The notes beneath the pieces are model-generated. The model was not told the DNA's origin, made no database searches, and worked only from the letters and a program-made list of their open reading frames with translations. Below, piece after piece: positions 8,822 through 19,110 of a stretch of 64,000 bases of DNA. The stretch is from Syntrophorhabdaceae bacterium (GTDB taxonomy: Bacteria > Desulfobacterota > Syntrophorhabdia > Syntrophorhabdales > Syntrophorhabdaceae), in contig CAXXUO010000001.1 of NCBI GenBank assembly GCA_963666485.2, positions 320,001 to 384,000 of the forward strand, written 5' to 3'. The number at the start of each line of letters is the position of its first letter. The first letter of the stretch is position 1. The position numbers were made by a program, and so were the translations under genes.

Positions 8822-9739
8822 ATGATTGAAACACGAACAGTATTTGTTCTGGGTGCTGGTGCAAGTATCCCATACGGTTACCCTTCGGGCGCTGGGCTGA
8901 AAGACCGTATATGTTCGGAATTTATACGTGACATCGAAAAATTTCACGATAGAGATCCCGAAGCACGTAATTCAATGAAGCGGTTCTTCGATAAACGAGC
9001 TGAGTTTGTTGATAGTTTCAAAAGATCGCGGGTGACATCAATTGATAGATGGCTTTTATCGAACACAGATTGTAGTGAAATAGGCAAATTAGCAATTGCC
9101 AATTCGATTATCAGATGCGAAAGTCCTGATATGTTATTCCCGAGTAGAGATATTGACTGGTTCACAGTTCTTTTTAATGAGATCATAAAAGAAGCAGAAA
9201 CCCCCGAACAATGCAGCCTAACGAAAATAGGGTTTATCACATTCAATTACGATAGATTATTGGAACATTTATTTTATGAAAGTTTTACACATACCTATAG
9301 AAATATCGAAAAAGAAAAAATCGATGCAGCTTTAAAAGAACTCCAAATTTATCATATTTATGGTGCAATTGAGAATCCCCCGTGGCAAAAAGGAATTTCA
9401 TTCAATTACGGAAGCCAATACAAATTTGATTTTATAAATCCTGCAAAGGATCGTATTCGGGTAATTGGTGAAAGAATTGATTCTTCTTTAGGAAATATTC
9501 ACGACTTATTATCAAAAGCAGATAGAATATTTTTTCTCGGATTTGGTTTTGACCCTCAGAATCTTAAAATGTTGAGGGCATCGGATATTTTTCCTATGGT
9601 ATCTGAAATTTATGGCACTGCATACACGTTTTATGACAATGAAATAGCAGATGTACTTAAAAGGACGAATCATAACGCAAAGATTGAACCATGTGAAAGC
9701 GTTGAACTTCTGCGCAAATATTTTATCGGACGAAGTTAA
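8822..9739 (+). CDS. SIR2-like domain protein (putative NADase defence effector)
   Basis: VLGAGAS..YGYP, ITFNYD, IYHIYG, FLGFGF motifs. Confidence 0.8.
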   Translation: MIETRTVFVLGAGASIPYGYPSGAGLKDRICSEFIRDIEKFHDRDPEARNSMKRFFDKRAEFVDSFKRSRVTSIDRWLLSNTDCSEIGKLAIANSIIRCESPDMLFPSRDIDWFTVLFNEIIKEAETPEQCSLTKIGFITFNYDRLLEHLFYESFTHTYRNIEKEKIDAALKELQIYHIYGAIENPPWQKGISFNYGSQYKFDFINPAKDRIRVIGERIDSSLGNIHDLLSKADRIFFLGFGFDPQNLKMLRASDIFPMVSEIYGTAYTFYDNEIADVLKRTNHNAKIEPCESVELLRKYFIGRS

Positions 9740-9750
9740 TATTATCTTGT

Positions 9751-9769
9751 GGTTAGAAATTGGTTAGAA
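9751..9769 (+). repeat. GGTTAGAA pair (putative arm-type sites)
   Basis: GGTTAGAA at 9751-9758 and 9762-9769, 79 bp before the att repeat start. Confidence 0.65.
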
Positions 9770-9840
9770 AATATCCCAAATAGACAAACCAATCCCCATC
9801 CTTTGTTATCCTATCCTATCGATTGTATTGAGATTTAAAT

Positions 9841-9915
9841 TGGAGGCGGCATCCGGATTTGAACCGGAGAATAACGGTTTTGCAGACCGTCGCCTTACCA
9901 CTTGGCTATGCCGCC
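9841..9915 (-). tRNA. tRNA-Cys (GCA), intact; integration target
   Basis: GGCGGCATAGCCAAGTGGTAAGGCGACGGTCTGCAAAACCGTTATTCTCCGGTTCAAATCCGGATGCCGCCTCCA folds as a cloverleaf with encoded CCA. Confidence 0.97.
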
Positions 9916-10039
9916 GCTTTGAGGCGGAGTTAAAAATTTTAAGCGGGTCCTTGGACCCGCGTGATTTCGTATGGAGCGGGAGTCCTCACCCGCTACATTC
10001 CTTATTATAACAAGCGAGCTATGCTCGCCGATTAATCTA

Positions 10040-10114
<75 letters not shown>

Positions 10115-10218
10115 GCGTGTTGTTTTTTATAATATAAACCTGTCCCGCATGTCAAGACGGAAAAGGGACACGGCGGAATCCGGCCTGCGTACATTTCGGC
10201 TACAGCGCAATTCGGAAG

Positions 10219-10578
10219 CTAGACCTTTGCGTAGTCGGCCATTCCCTGGAAATCGATGAGCACGACGGGTTCATTGCCCACTACCCAGGCGTCGTGGCCG
10301 ACCGGGAGCATCGAAACATCGCCCGGTTTACCTTCGAGCCGGGTACCGTCGTCCATAACGATCATGATTGTCCCCGAAACGTGGTATTGAAAGTGGGGCG
10401 CCTCGCACGATTTAGTCTTCGCTATTGGCTTAACCGATTCAGACCACTTCCAGCCCGGCTCGAGGGTCGTCCTGCCTATCACCCTTCCGCCGATGTTGAT
10501 GAGCTCCAGTTTGCCTTTGGGAAATGTACGCACCTCATCCGGTTCCTGAAAAGTTTTTTTCTCGGCTTTATCGGGCAT
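10219..10578 (-). CDS. Cupin domain protein
   Basis: AGGAGG RBS before MPDK; PGWKWS, CEAPH, GHDAWVVG cupin motifs. Confidence 0.85.
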   Translation of the reverse strand: MPDKAEKKTFQEPDEVRTFPKGKLELINIGGRVIGRTTLEPGWKWSESVKPIAKTKSCEAPHFQYHVSGTIMIVMDDGTRLEGKPGDVSMLPVGHDAWVVGNEPVVLIDFQGMADYAKV

Positions 10579-10642
10579 ATGCCTCCTCCTTGCCTTCGAT
10601 CGGGCCATTTTCAGACCATATGAAGAAGTTAAGACCGTGACG

Positions 10643-11524
10643 TCAATGCGCAAGTGAGAGGACCTCCAGGACCGCATTATTCCATCCCGCCGGCCCGGGG
10701 CCGCCGGCCTTCTCAAAGTTGTATCTTTCGAGTTCGGGATCGTAGGAGCCATCGGGCTTTTGAACTATGATCGGGACATCAACGGCCTGAAGCATGGACA
10801 GGTCACTCAGGCTGTCCCCCAAGGCGACGGTGAGCACCCTGCCGCGTTCGCGGCGGTACATGCCTGTAAGTACCGACACCGCCCTGCCCTTATCAGTCTG
10901 ACCGGAGATATGGAACAGGGACGCCCGGGTCAGGCGAAAACCCCGCTCCTGTATGATCTCGTCCATCTTTTGGACATCATGGATGCTTCCCCGGAAAACG
11001 AAGGGCTCATCAAATTCGCGTCTCGCGGCGAGGAGTGCCTCATCCACCGGCAGGCGGGTAAGGCTTGCAATCTCGGCGACCGGCATATCGCCGAACCCGC
11101 GTACATCGAACCCCCGGGCCCGCAATTCCTTCACTGCCTCGCGCACCTCCCGGTATGGCGCACCGAGCCGGATAACGTGGAACTGCCCATCGATTTCGCC
11201 GCGCCCCGCCAGGCCCTGCGTCCCCGGAGAAAAATATCCGCGGGGAATGAAGATCGCGCCCCCGTTTTCCGATACAAAAGGGTCCGAAATTGCCAGGGCC
11301 TCCCGGTAATGCTCGATCTCGGCCCGCGTCTTGCTCGAACATATCACGAGGGGAATGTTTCTTTTCCGGACAGCGTCAAGCGCCTCGTCTGCGGCATGGT
11401 GCGAATAGTGCCCGTCGAGGAGCGTCCCGTCGAGGTCCGTAAAGACAACGATGCCGGGGGACGTCGCGGATGTTTGTCCGGCGCGGTTTCGCATTTCGGC
11501 CCGGTCGACAGCCCTGTTGGTCAT
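10643..11524 (-). CDS. mpgP: Mannosyl/glucosyl-3-phosphoglycerate phosphatase (HAD IIB)
   Basis: DLDGTLLD, SSKTRAE, ENGG, REFDEPF, GDSLSD; divergent from a gpgS-like gene; start uncertain. Confidence 0.85.
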   Translation of the reverse strand: MTNRAVDRAEMRNRAGQTSATSPGIVVFTDLDGTLLDGHYSHHAADEALDAVRKRNIPLVICSSKTRAEIEHYREALAISDPFVSENGGAIFIPRGYFSPGTQGLAGRGEIDGQFHVIRLGAPYREVREAVKELRARGFDVRGFGDMPVAEIASLTRLPVDEALLAARREFDEPFVFRGSIHDVQKMDEIIQERGFRLTRASLFHISGQTDKGRAVSVLTGMYRRERGRVLTVALGDSLSDLSMLQAVDVPIIVQKPDGSYDPELERYNFEKAGGPGPAGWNNAVLEVLSLAH

Positions 11525-11618
11525 ACATATATTATGCTACCTCCGGGGGGCCAAAGGAACCATCCCCCGGAGACGCGGCAAAGTTTTACGCTCGTATGAC
11601 CGTACAGGGGGACGACAG

Positions 11619-12836
11619 GTGTCGGACTTTTTTCAGACCGGCGGAATTGCTACCCTGCATAAACTGGGGAAGAACAATCTCGACGAGCTCGAGTCGAGGC
11701 TGACGCGGTACGCCAAGGACAGGCCCATTGCACTCGTGCTCCCCTCCCTCTTCAGCGAGATAAACGGCCCGGCGTTACAAACGATCCTCAATGAGCTCAT
11801 GACGGCCGATTACATAAGCGAGGTCGTCGTGACCTTAGGCCCCGCTTCAGAGGCTGAGTTCGACATGGCCCGCCGGTTCTTTTCGCCTCTCCCGCAAAAA
11901 ACGTGCGTTATCTGGAATACGGGGAAAAGGATGAGGAAACTGTACCGCGCCATAGAGGGTGAAGAATTGCCCACGGGCTCAGACGGCAAGGGCCGGTCCG
12001 TCTGGATGGCGTACGGGTATGTGCTCGCGCGGCATGAGTTCAACGCCATCGTCCTGCATGACTGTGACATCGTCTCCTACTCCCGCGAAATGCTGGCGCG
12101 GCTGTGCTACCCCGTCATGAACCCCGGCCTCGACTACGATTTCTGCAAGGGCTACTATGCCCGCGTGACGGACAAGATGCACGGGCGCGTGACGAGGCTT
12201 TTCGTGGCCCCTCTCATCAGGGCCCTGCAGACCATGATCGGTTTTCATCCACTCCTCGTTTTCTTCGACAGCTTTCGCTACATACTTTCCGGCGAATTCT
12301 CCATGAGCGTCAACCTTGCCCGGATCAACAAGATACCGGGCGACTGGGGCCTCGAGGTGGGCACGCTGGCGGAGGTCTACAAGAACACCTCCATCAATCG
12401 GGTCTGCCAGGTCGACATATCGGACAGCTACGAGCACAAACACCAGGAGCTGTCCCCGGACGACGCGTCGAAAGGGCTTAACAGGATGTGCATCGATATT
12501 GCCAAATTGATCTTCCGGACGCTGGCATCCGAAGGCATCGTCTTCTCGGACGGCTTCTTCAAGACGCTCCTGGCCACGTATTCCCGCACCGCCCAGGATG
12601 TCCTGAAGCGTTACGAGGACGATGCGTCGATCAACGGCCTGAATTTTGACCGCCACATGGAAAGCCTTTCCATCGAGACATTTACGAACGGGATAAAGAT
12701 CGCGTCCGGGGTGATCATGAAGGACCCCCTCGGCGTCTCCCTTCTTTCAAGCTGGGACCGCGTTATAGCCGCAGTGCCCGATATACTCGACAAGATATGC
12801 GAGGCAGTGAACGAGGACAACCGGAAAGGAAGATAA
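11619..12836 (+). CDS. gpgS: Glucosyl-3-phosphoglycerate synthase-like glycosyltransferase
   Basis: GTG start, DFFQTGGIATLH, GKGRSVW, HDCDI, KGYYARV, LSGEF, YEHKHQ. Confidence 0.8.
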   Translation: MSDFFQTGGIATLHKLGKNNLDELESRLTRYAKDRPIALVLPSLFSEINGPALQTILNELMTADYISEVVVTLGPASEAEFDMARRFFSPLPQKTCVIWNTGKRMRKLYRAIEGEELPTGSDGKGRSVWMAYGYVLARHEFNAIVLHDCDIVSYSREMLARLCYPVMNPGLDYDFCKGYYARVTDKMHGRVTRLFVAPLIRALQTMIGFHPLLVFFDSFRYILSGEFSMSVNLARINKIPGDWGLEVGTLAEVYKNTSINRVCQVDISDSYEHKHQELSPDDASKGLNRMCIDIAKLIFRTLASEGIVFSDGFFKTLLATYSRTAQDVLKRYEDDASINGLNFDRHMESLSIETFTNGIKIASGVIMKDPLGVSLLSSWDRVIAAVPDILDKICEAVNEDNRKGR

Positions 12837-12839
12837 GAT

Positions 12840-13532
12840 ATGGAAGAACATTCAACACACGAAGATCAACGCACGTTCGAATTCCGGCAATGCGTGACCA
12901 TCCTGAAGGCCACGGGCTTAAAGGCATCGAACATCAGGGAGCTGGCACAGGGGATCTCCACGGTCAGCGATGAATCCATATTCCACCACACATACCAGTA
13001 CTTCCTGAAAGAGCACATCCTGGAATACACAAATGACTTTGCGCACTGGGCCGGAGAGAGCCTGGAGGAACGGGCAGTTGCGGAAGAGCTTTCAAATGTG
13101 GACCCGTACGGTTTTTCCACGATCGCAGACTTAAGGTCGGCCCTCCTTTCGGTCATCGATTCCTGCCTCGAGGCCATGCCGCAGGACCGGTATGCACGTC
13201 CGGGAGATGAGTTCTTTTTTAACGAAACGATAACGTATGTCTTCCCGGCAGGCGTCTGGGCGCGAAACCTGGCTGAATTTATGATGGCCTTGAAATTCGT
13301 CGATCACGAGAGCATCTATTATCATTTTTACGAGGCCCGCACCCGCGTATCCGGGGGGATGGACGATTTCTCGCTGTGGATCGGTGAGGCCCTCCAGAAA
13401 ACCAAGCTCGCCGAAAAACTCAGGGCGATAGACCCCTTCATGCACAACACCGAAGAGATCCGCACGCACATCTCCACGATCCTCATGGAGGAAGTGAGCA
13501 GGGACATGGAACGCATGGGGGTGGACCTGTGA
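12840..13532 (+). CDS. DUF5752-like protein (commonly next to TreT)
   Basis: Internally duplicated SIFHH..NDFAHW / SIYYH..DDFSLW motif. Confidence 0.75.
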   Translation: MEEHSTHEDQRTFEFRQCVTILKATGLKASNIRELAQGISTVSDESIFHHTYQYFLKEHILEYTNDFAHWAGESLEERAVAEELSNVDPYGFSTIADLRSALLSVIDSCLEAMPQDRYARPGDEFFFNETITYVFPAGVWARNLAEFMMALKFVDHESIYYHFYEARTRVSGGMDDFSLWIGEALQKTKLAEKLRAIDPFMHNTEEIRTHISTILMEEVSRDMERMGVDL

Positions 13533-14743
13533 TAGAACGGTATGCCGGGATCTCACCGAAAGGCGATCTCCTGCTCCTGAGGAAGCTCGCGGACAGGCTG
13601 GCGGGCAAGACCTTCCTCCACATCAACTCCACGCGCGAGGGCGGCGGGGTCGCGGAGATACTCCAGAGAATGATACCCATCATGGCCTCGCTCGGGATCA
13701 AGGCCCGCTGGGATGTCATCACGGGCGACGACAGGTTCTTCGATATGACCAAGAAGGTCCACAATGCCCTGCAGGGATATCCTGAAACTATAGACGAGGC
13801 CATGTGGGACCATCACCGCGCCGTCAACGGATCGAACGCGTCCTGGCTCGATCTCGAAGCGGATGCTGCGGTCATCCACGATCCGCAGCCGGTGCCGCTC
13901 ATCGATTTTCGCCGCGGGGACGGGGTCTGGATATGGCGGTGCCATATCGATGTATCGAACCCCGAAAAAGACGTGTTCCGGAAAATCGGTACGTACGTCG
14001 AAAAATTCGACGCCGCGCTGTATTCCGTGTCACGTTTTGCCGGCGGCATGAGCAGGAACGAGTTCATCATCTCGCCGTCCATAGACCCTCTCGCCGAGAA
14101 GAACCGGGCGTTGAGCCAGGCGGAGATCGAAGAGAGCGCCGCAAGGCTCGGCATCCCGCTCGACCGGCCCGTCGTGCTCCAGGTTTCCCGCTTCGACAGG
14201 TTCAAGGACCCCACGGGCGTCATACTCGCCTACCGGAAGGTGAAAAAATATAATGATTGCGTCCTGGTGCTCGCCGGGAGCCCGGCGACCGACGATCCCG
14301 AGGGTGCGCATGTGCTGAACGAGGTCCGCGAATTCGCATCCGACGATCCCGACATCAAGATCCTTCTTTTGCCGCCCTTCAGCGACAAAGACATCAATGC
14401 ACTGCAAAGCATCGCCAGGGTCATTCTCCAGAAATCTCTCAAGGAGGGGTTCGGCCTGACCGTCACAGAAGGGATGTGGAAGGGCAAGCCCGTCATAGGC
14501 GGGGCTGCGGGAGGCATCCCGCTGCAGATAACCCACGGTGTAACGGGGTTCCTCGTACATTCCATCGAGGGGGCTGCCTTCAGGATACGCCAGCTCCTGA
14601 ACAACAGCGACATGGCGGAAAGGATGGGCCAGCAGGCGCGCGAATATGTCCGCCGGCATTTTCTCATAACAAGACAGGTCAGGGACCACCTGGCCGTCTG
14701 GTACTCGCTTTCCGGGGGAACAAAAAGCCTTGTAGAATTATAG
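13529..14743 (+). CDS. treT: Trehalose synthase TreT-like GT4 glycosyltransferase
   Basis: INSTREGGGVAEIL, HDPQP, WRCHID, PSIDPL, SRFDRFKD, EGFGLTVTE. Confidence 0.85.
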   Translation: MIERYAGISPKGDLLLLRKLADRLAGKTFLHINSTREGGGVAEILQRMIPIMASLGIKARWDVITGDDRFFDMTKKVHNALQGYPETIDEAMWDHHRAVNGSNASWLDLEADAAVIHDPQPVPLIDFRRGDGVWIWRCHIDVSNPEKDVFRKIGTYVEKFDAALYSVSRFAGGMSRNEFIISPSIDPLAEKNRALSQAEIEESAARLGIPLDRPVVLQVSRFDRFKDPTGVILAYRKVKKYNDCVLVLAGSPATDDPEGAHVLNEVREFASDDPDIKILLLPPFSDKDINALQSIARVILQKSLKEGFGLTVTEGMWKGKPVIGGAAGGIPLQITHGVTGFLVHSIEGAAFRIRQLLNNSDMAERMGQQAREYVRRHFLITRQVRDHLAVWYSLSGGTKSLVEL

Positions 14744-14796
14744 GGTACGGTTTACCCGGCATTGCGCGCTTCAGCCCACTGAATTAGTAGATAGAG

Positions 14797-16653
14797 ATGA
14801 GGACACCTCAGCAGCCGTGCGCCTTAACGCCGGTGGGCGCGCTTCCGGATAAAGGCGGAGGGACATTCTTTCGCGTATGGGCCCCTTTTGCCAACCAGGT
14901 CCTCGTACAAATCGCCAGGGACGGTAAGAAAAGGCTCGTTCCCCTGAAAATAGAGGACCGGGGATATTTCACGAACAGGGTCGAGGATGTCCGTGACGGG
15001 GACATATACCGTTATGTGGTCGACGGCAGTGAACTGCCCGACCCGGCGTCCCGCTTTCAGCCCGAGGGTGTCCACGGGCCCTCGCAGGTGGTCGATCATT
15101 CGCTCTTTCGATGGGATGATCGTGCCCGGCACGCCATCCCGGCGGAGCAGTACGTCATATACGAACTCCACGTGGGGACGTTTACCCGGGAAGGAACATT
15201 TGACGCGATCATACAATGTCTCGATTATCTCAAGGAGCTCGGGGTTACCGCCATCGAGATCATGCCGGTGGGCCAGTTCCCGGGAGAGCGTAACTGGGGG
15301 TATGACGGGACGTACCCCTTTGCTCCGCAAAATTCGTACGGGGGGCCGACGGGACTCAAGGCACTCGTCAACGCATGCCATGCCGCGGGCCTCGCGGTCA
15401 TCCTTGACGTCGTCTACAATCATCTCGGGCCCGAAGGGAACTACACCGGCCGCTTCGGGCCGTATTTTACGGACAGGTACCGTACGCCGTGGGGCGATGC
15501 CATAAATTTCGACGGGCCGTTAAGCGACGAGGTGCGGAACTTCTACATACAGAATGCGGTCGACTGGATCAGGCATTACCACATCGATGCGCTGAGGCTC
15601 GATGCGATCCACGGTATTTACGACTTCAGCGCCCGGACGTTTCTCGAAGACCTCGTCACGACCGTCGACGGGGAATTTGGCGGCGGCACCGTGCCATTCC
15701 TCATCGCCGAGAGCGACCTGAACGACATCGGCGTCATAACACCGCAGGCGTGCGGGGGCCGGGGATTTCATGCACAGTGGAACGACGACTTTCACCATGC
15801 GCTCCATGCCCTGCTTACCGGCGAAAAAGCGGGCTATTACGAGGATTTCGGCAGCCTCGCCGACATGGCGAAAACGGTGCGGCAGGGATATATCTACACG
15901 GGACAGTTCTCCCGATATCGCCGGAAAAGGCACGGCACCCCGTCCGCGCACAGGCCCTGCCGGCAGTTTATTGTCTTTTCCCAGAACCACGACCAGGTCG
16001 GCAACAGGGCCTCAGGCGAGAGGCTGACAAGTCTCGTATCTGACGATAGGCTTCGCATGGCGGCGATGATGGTCCTCATGTCACCCTCGATCCCCCTTCT
16101 GTTCATGGGTGAAGAGTACGGGGAGACCGCGCCGTTTCTTTACTTCGTGAGCCATGGCGATGAGGAGCTTGTCGAGGCCGTGAGGATCGGACGGGCCGAA
16201 GAGTTCGCATCCTTTCACGGGCGCTTCACCCCTGCGGACCCCCAGTCAGCCGAGACCTTCCGGAGGTCGAGGGTCAACCGGGACCTGCGGCTCATCCGGC
16301 CCCATTCCCGGCTGCACGCGTTCTACAGGCATCTTCTGGAACTGCGAAGGTCCTTACGGCCCTGGGACATAAAAGAAAACTGGCCGCGCGTCGAGTCATG
16401 GACCGGGAATCAGGCACTGCGCATCGTCCTGCTGACAGGGGCAGAAGAGAAGCTCGCGTATCTCTTTAATTTCGGTACGGAGGCCATGAGCGTTTCCCCC
16501 GGGCTGCCGGATGGGGCGTGGGTCAAACTCGCCGACACCTTGTCGCAGCGATGGGGCGGGGACGGCGAGACGGCACCCGTGCGGGTGCAAACAGGGAACG
16601 CGCAGATACCGCTCGGCCCGCTCAACGCAGTCGTATACCGAAAGGAGAATTGA
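14797..16653 (+). CDS. treZ: Malto-oligosyltrehalose trehalohydrolase
   Basis: FRVWAP, YELHVGTF, RNWGYDG, DVVYNHLGPEGNY, LRLDAIH, QNHDQVGNR. Confidence 0.95.
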   Translation: MRTPQQPCALTPVGALPDKGGGTFFRVWAPFANQVLVQIARDGKKRLVPLKIEDRGYFTNRVEDVRDGDIYRYVVDGSELPDPASRFQPEGVHGPSQVVDHSLFRWDDRARHAIPAEQYVIYELHVGTFTREGTFDAIIQCLDYLKELGVTAIEIMPVGQFPGERNWGYDGTYPFAPQNSYGGPTGLKALVNACHAAGLAVILDVVYNHLGPEGNYTGRFGPYFTDRYRTPWGDAINFDGPLSDEVRNFYIQNAVDWIRHYHIDALRLDAIHGIYDFSARTFLEDLVTTVDGEFGGGTVPFLIAESDLNDIGVITPQACGGRGFHAQWNDDFHHALHALLTGEKAGYYEDFGSLADMAKTVRQGYIYTGQFSRYRRKRHGTPSAHRPCRQFIVFSQNHDQVGNRASGERLTSLVSDDRLRMAAMMVLMSPSIPLLFMGEEYGETAPFLYFVSHGDEELVEAVRIGRAEEFASFHGRFTPADPQSAETFRRSRVNRDLRLIRPHSRLHAFYRHLLELRRSLRPWDIKENWPRVESWTGNQALRIVLLTGAEEKLAYLFNFGTEAMSVSPGLPDGAWVKLADTLSQRWGGDGETAPVRVQTGNAQIPLGPLNAVVYRKEN

Positions 16654-19106
16654 TGGAACGCTATATTTGCATACACTGTCATTTCTATCAGCCTCCCCGG
16701 GAAAACCCGTGGCTCGAATCAATAGAGGTCCAGGATTCGGCGTACCCCTACCACGACTGGAATGAGCGCATAACGGCGGAATGTTACGGTCCCAACTCCG
16801 CTTCACGCATCGTGAATGCCGACGGACGAATAACGGACATTGTGAGCAACTATTCGAAGGTCAGTTTCAACTTCGGCCCCACCCTGCTTGCGTGGATGGC
16901 CGTCAGATCAAAGAAGGTCTATGACGCCATCATCGAGGCGGACAGGCAGAGCGTCAAAGAGAGGTCCGGCCACGGCAATGCCATCGCGCAGGTCTACAAC
17001 CACGTGATCATGCCGCTTGCGAACAGGCGGGATAAAGAATCCCAGGTACGCTGGGGCATACGGGATTTCGAGTTCAGGTTCGGGCGCTCCCCGGAGGGGA
17101 TGTGGCTCGCCGAGACCGCGGTGGACCACGAGACGCTGGAATGCCTGGCAGGCGAAGGGATAAAATTCACCATACTGGCGCCGCACCAGGCCAAAGCATT
17201 CAAAAAGATAGACGGAAAAGACTGGCACGACGTCGCGGGCGGCAGGATCGATCCGACCCGTCCTTACCTGTGCCGCCTTCCCTCAGGTTCGTCCATCGTG
17301 CTTTTCTTTTACGACGGACCCGTATCGGGCGGCATCGCCTTCGGGAACCTTTTGGTCACGGGGGAGAACCTTGTGTCAAAGCTCGCCTCGGGCTTCTCCG
17401 GCACACGGGACTGGCCACAGCTCATGCACGTCGCGACCGATGGAGAGACATACGGCCATCACCGGCAGTTCGGGGACATGGCGCTCGCATTTGCCCTGCG
17501 CCACATCGAGGAGAGCAGCCTGGCAACCCTTACCAATTACGGGGAGTACCTCGAGAAATACCCGCCCGATCATGAGGTCACAATCTATGAGAGAAGCTCC
17601 TGGAGTTGTGCGCACGGCGTCGAGCGCTGGCGAAGTGATTGCGGCTGCAATACCGGGGGCCACAGCGGGTGGAACCAGGCCTGGAGGGCCCCCTTGAGGA
17701 ATGCCCTCGACTGGCTCAGGGACGAGCTGGCTGAAAAATACTACCAGTATGCATGGCACTACCTGAAAGACCCGTGGGCGGCGCGCGACCGTTACATCGA
17801 CGTTATCCTCGACCGCAACGGACTGAACGTGGAAAAGTTCCTGGCCCGCGAGGGCAGGCGCGAGTTCTCCTCCGGGGAGCGCGTCATTGTCCTGAAGCTC
17901 CTCGAGATGCAGCGCCATTGCATGCTCATGTTCACGAGCTGCGGATGGTTCTTTGATGAGCTTTCGGGGATCGAGACCGTGCAGGTCATCCAATACGCAG
18001 GAAGGGCCATTCAGCTTATGGCGGGGATCTACAGGAACGGCGGGGCGATCGAGGAAGAATTCAAGGACGTGATCGGCGAGGCGAAAAGCAATGTCCCCGA
18101 GTATAAAGACGGCGCGGCGATCTACGAGAAATGGGTGAAACCGGCTTCGATCGACCTCCATAACGTCGCCATACATTACGCGATAAGCTCCGTCATCGAG
18201 AAATTCGAGGACAGGACAAGGATATTCAGTTACACGGTGGAAAGGAACGGTTACAGCAGGACACCGGCCGGCACCAACACGCTCGTTGTCGGCGATGCGG
18301 TGATCACGTCCGAGATAACCGGGCGACGGGAGCATATATGCTTCTGCGTCCTCCATCTCGGCGGGCATATCTTCAACGGGGGCGCCCGGACATACATCAG
18401 CGACGAGATGTACGAGGTCATGAAAAGGGACGTGTCGGAGACATTCGAAAAAGGCGACATCGCGGGAGTGATCCGTGCAATGGACTCCCATTTCGGCATG
18501 CACAGCTATTCCCTGCGGCATCTCTTCAGGGACACCCAGCATAAAATACTCAACGTTCTCGTCAGGGAGGCCCTCGACAGGCAGGACGACATCTACCGGA
18601 CCCTCTTTGAATCGGGGCAGGTCCTTATGAATGTCCTCGTCGAAGCCGGCATGCCAGTGCCGGCCGTTTTCCGGGCCACCGCGGAATACGCCCTCAATCT
18701 CGACCTGGTGAACGCTTTCCGCCAGGAAAAAATTGATCCCGGGCGGATCGGGGCCATCGTCAACCAGATCCGGAAGGCGCACCTCGCCTGTGATGCAGAG
18801 GTTGAGCTTGCCGTCAGAAAAAGGATCGAATCGTACATGAACGAGCTCAGTGAGAACCCTGACAGCATACCCCTTATGGAGAGAGTCAAAGAGTCCATGG
18901 ACATGGCCCGAATGGTCCCCGTCGCCCGGAACCTCTGGGACGTTCAGAACATTTATTTCACCATGGTAAAGAAGGTCTACCCCGATTTCATCGGGGCCGG
19001 TCAGGAAGAAGCGGCAGGCGTTGCGAGTTGGACGGAGGCCTTCAGGCAGCTAGGTGAAGCGCTCGAATTCGATTACGACGCGATCGTCGCGAACCGGGGG
19101 ATTTAG
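16653..19106 (+). CDS. GH57 glycoside hydrolase with DUF3536
   Basis: HFYQPPRENPW, GMWLAETAVD, TDGETYGHH, SWSCAHGVERW, FTSCGWFF. Confidence 0.9.
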   Translation: MERYICIHCHFYQPPRENPWLESIEVQDSAYPYHDWNERITAECYGPNSASRIVNADGRITDIVSNYSKVSFNFGPTLLAWMAVRSKKVYDAIIEADRQSVKERSGHGNAIAQVYNHVIMPLANRRDKESQVRWGIRDFEFRFGRSPEGMWLAETAVDHETLECLAGEGIKFTILAPHQAKAFKKIDGKDWHDVAGGRIDPTRPYLCRLPSGSSIVLFFYDGPVSGGIAFGNLLVTGENLVSKLASGFSGTRDWPQLMHVATDGETYGHHRQFGDMALAFALRHIEESSLATLTNYGEYLEKYPPDHEVTIYERSSWSCAHGVERWRSDCGCNTGGHSGWNQAWRAPLRNALDWLRDELAEKYYQYAWHYLKDPWAARDRYIDVILDRNGLNVEKFLAREGRREFSSGERVIVLKLLEMQRHCMLMFTSCGWFFDELSGIETVQVIQYAGRAIQLMAGIYRNGGAIEEEFKDVIGEAKSNVPEYKDGAAIYEKWVKPASIDLHNVAIHYAISSVIEKFEDRTRIFSYTVERNGYSRTPAGTNTLVVGDAVITSEITGRREHICFCVLHLGGHIFNGGARTYISDEMYEVMKRDVSETFEKGDIAGVIRAMDSHFGMHSYSLRHLFRDTQHKILNVLVREALDRQDDIYRTLFESGQVLMNVLVEAGMPVPAVFRATAEYALNLDLVNAFRQEKIDPGRIGAIVNQIRKAHLACDAEVELAVRKRIESYMNELSENPDSIPLMERVKESMDMARMVPVARNLWDVQNIYFTMVKKVYPDFIGAGQEEAAGVASWTEAFRQLGEALEFDYDAIVANRGI

Positions 19107-19110
19107 GGAA

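Larger units (their letters stand above)
200..9885. mobile_element. Integrative plasmid-like element / genomic island in tRNA-Cys
   Basis: 56-bp flanking direct repeats, tyrosine integrase, Rep plus iterons, visibly AT-richer than the sequence beyond 10 kb. Confidence 0.93.
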
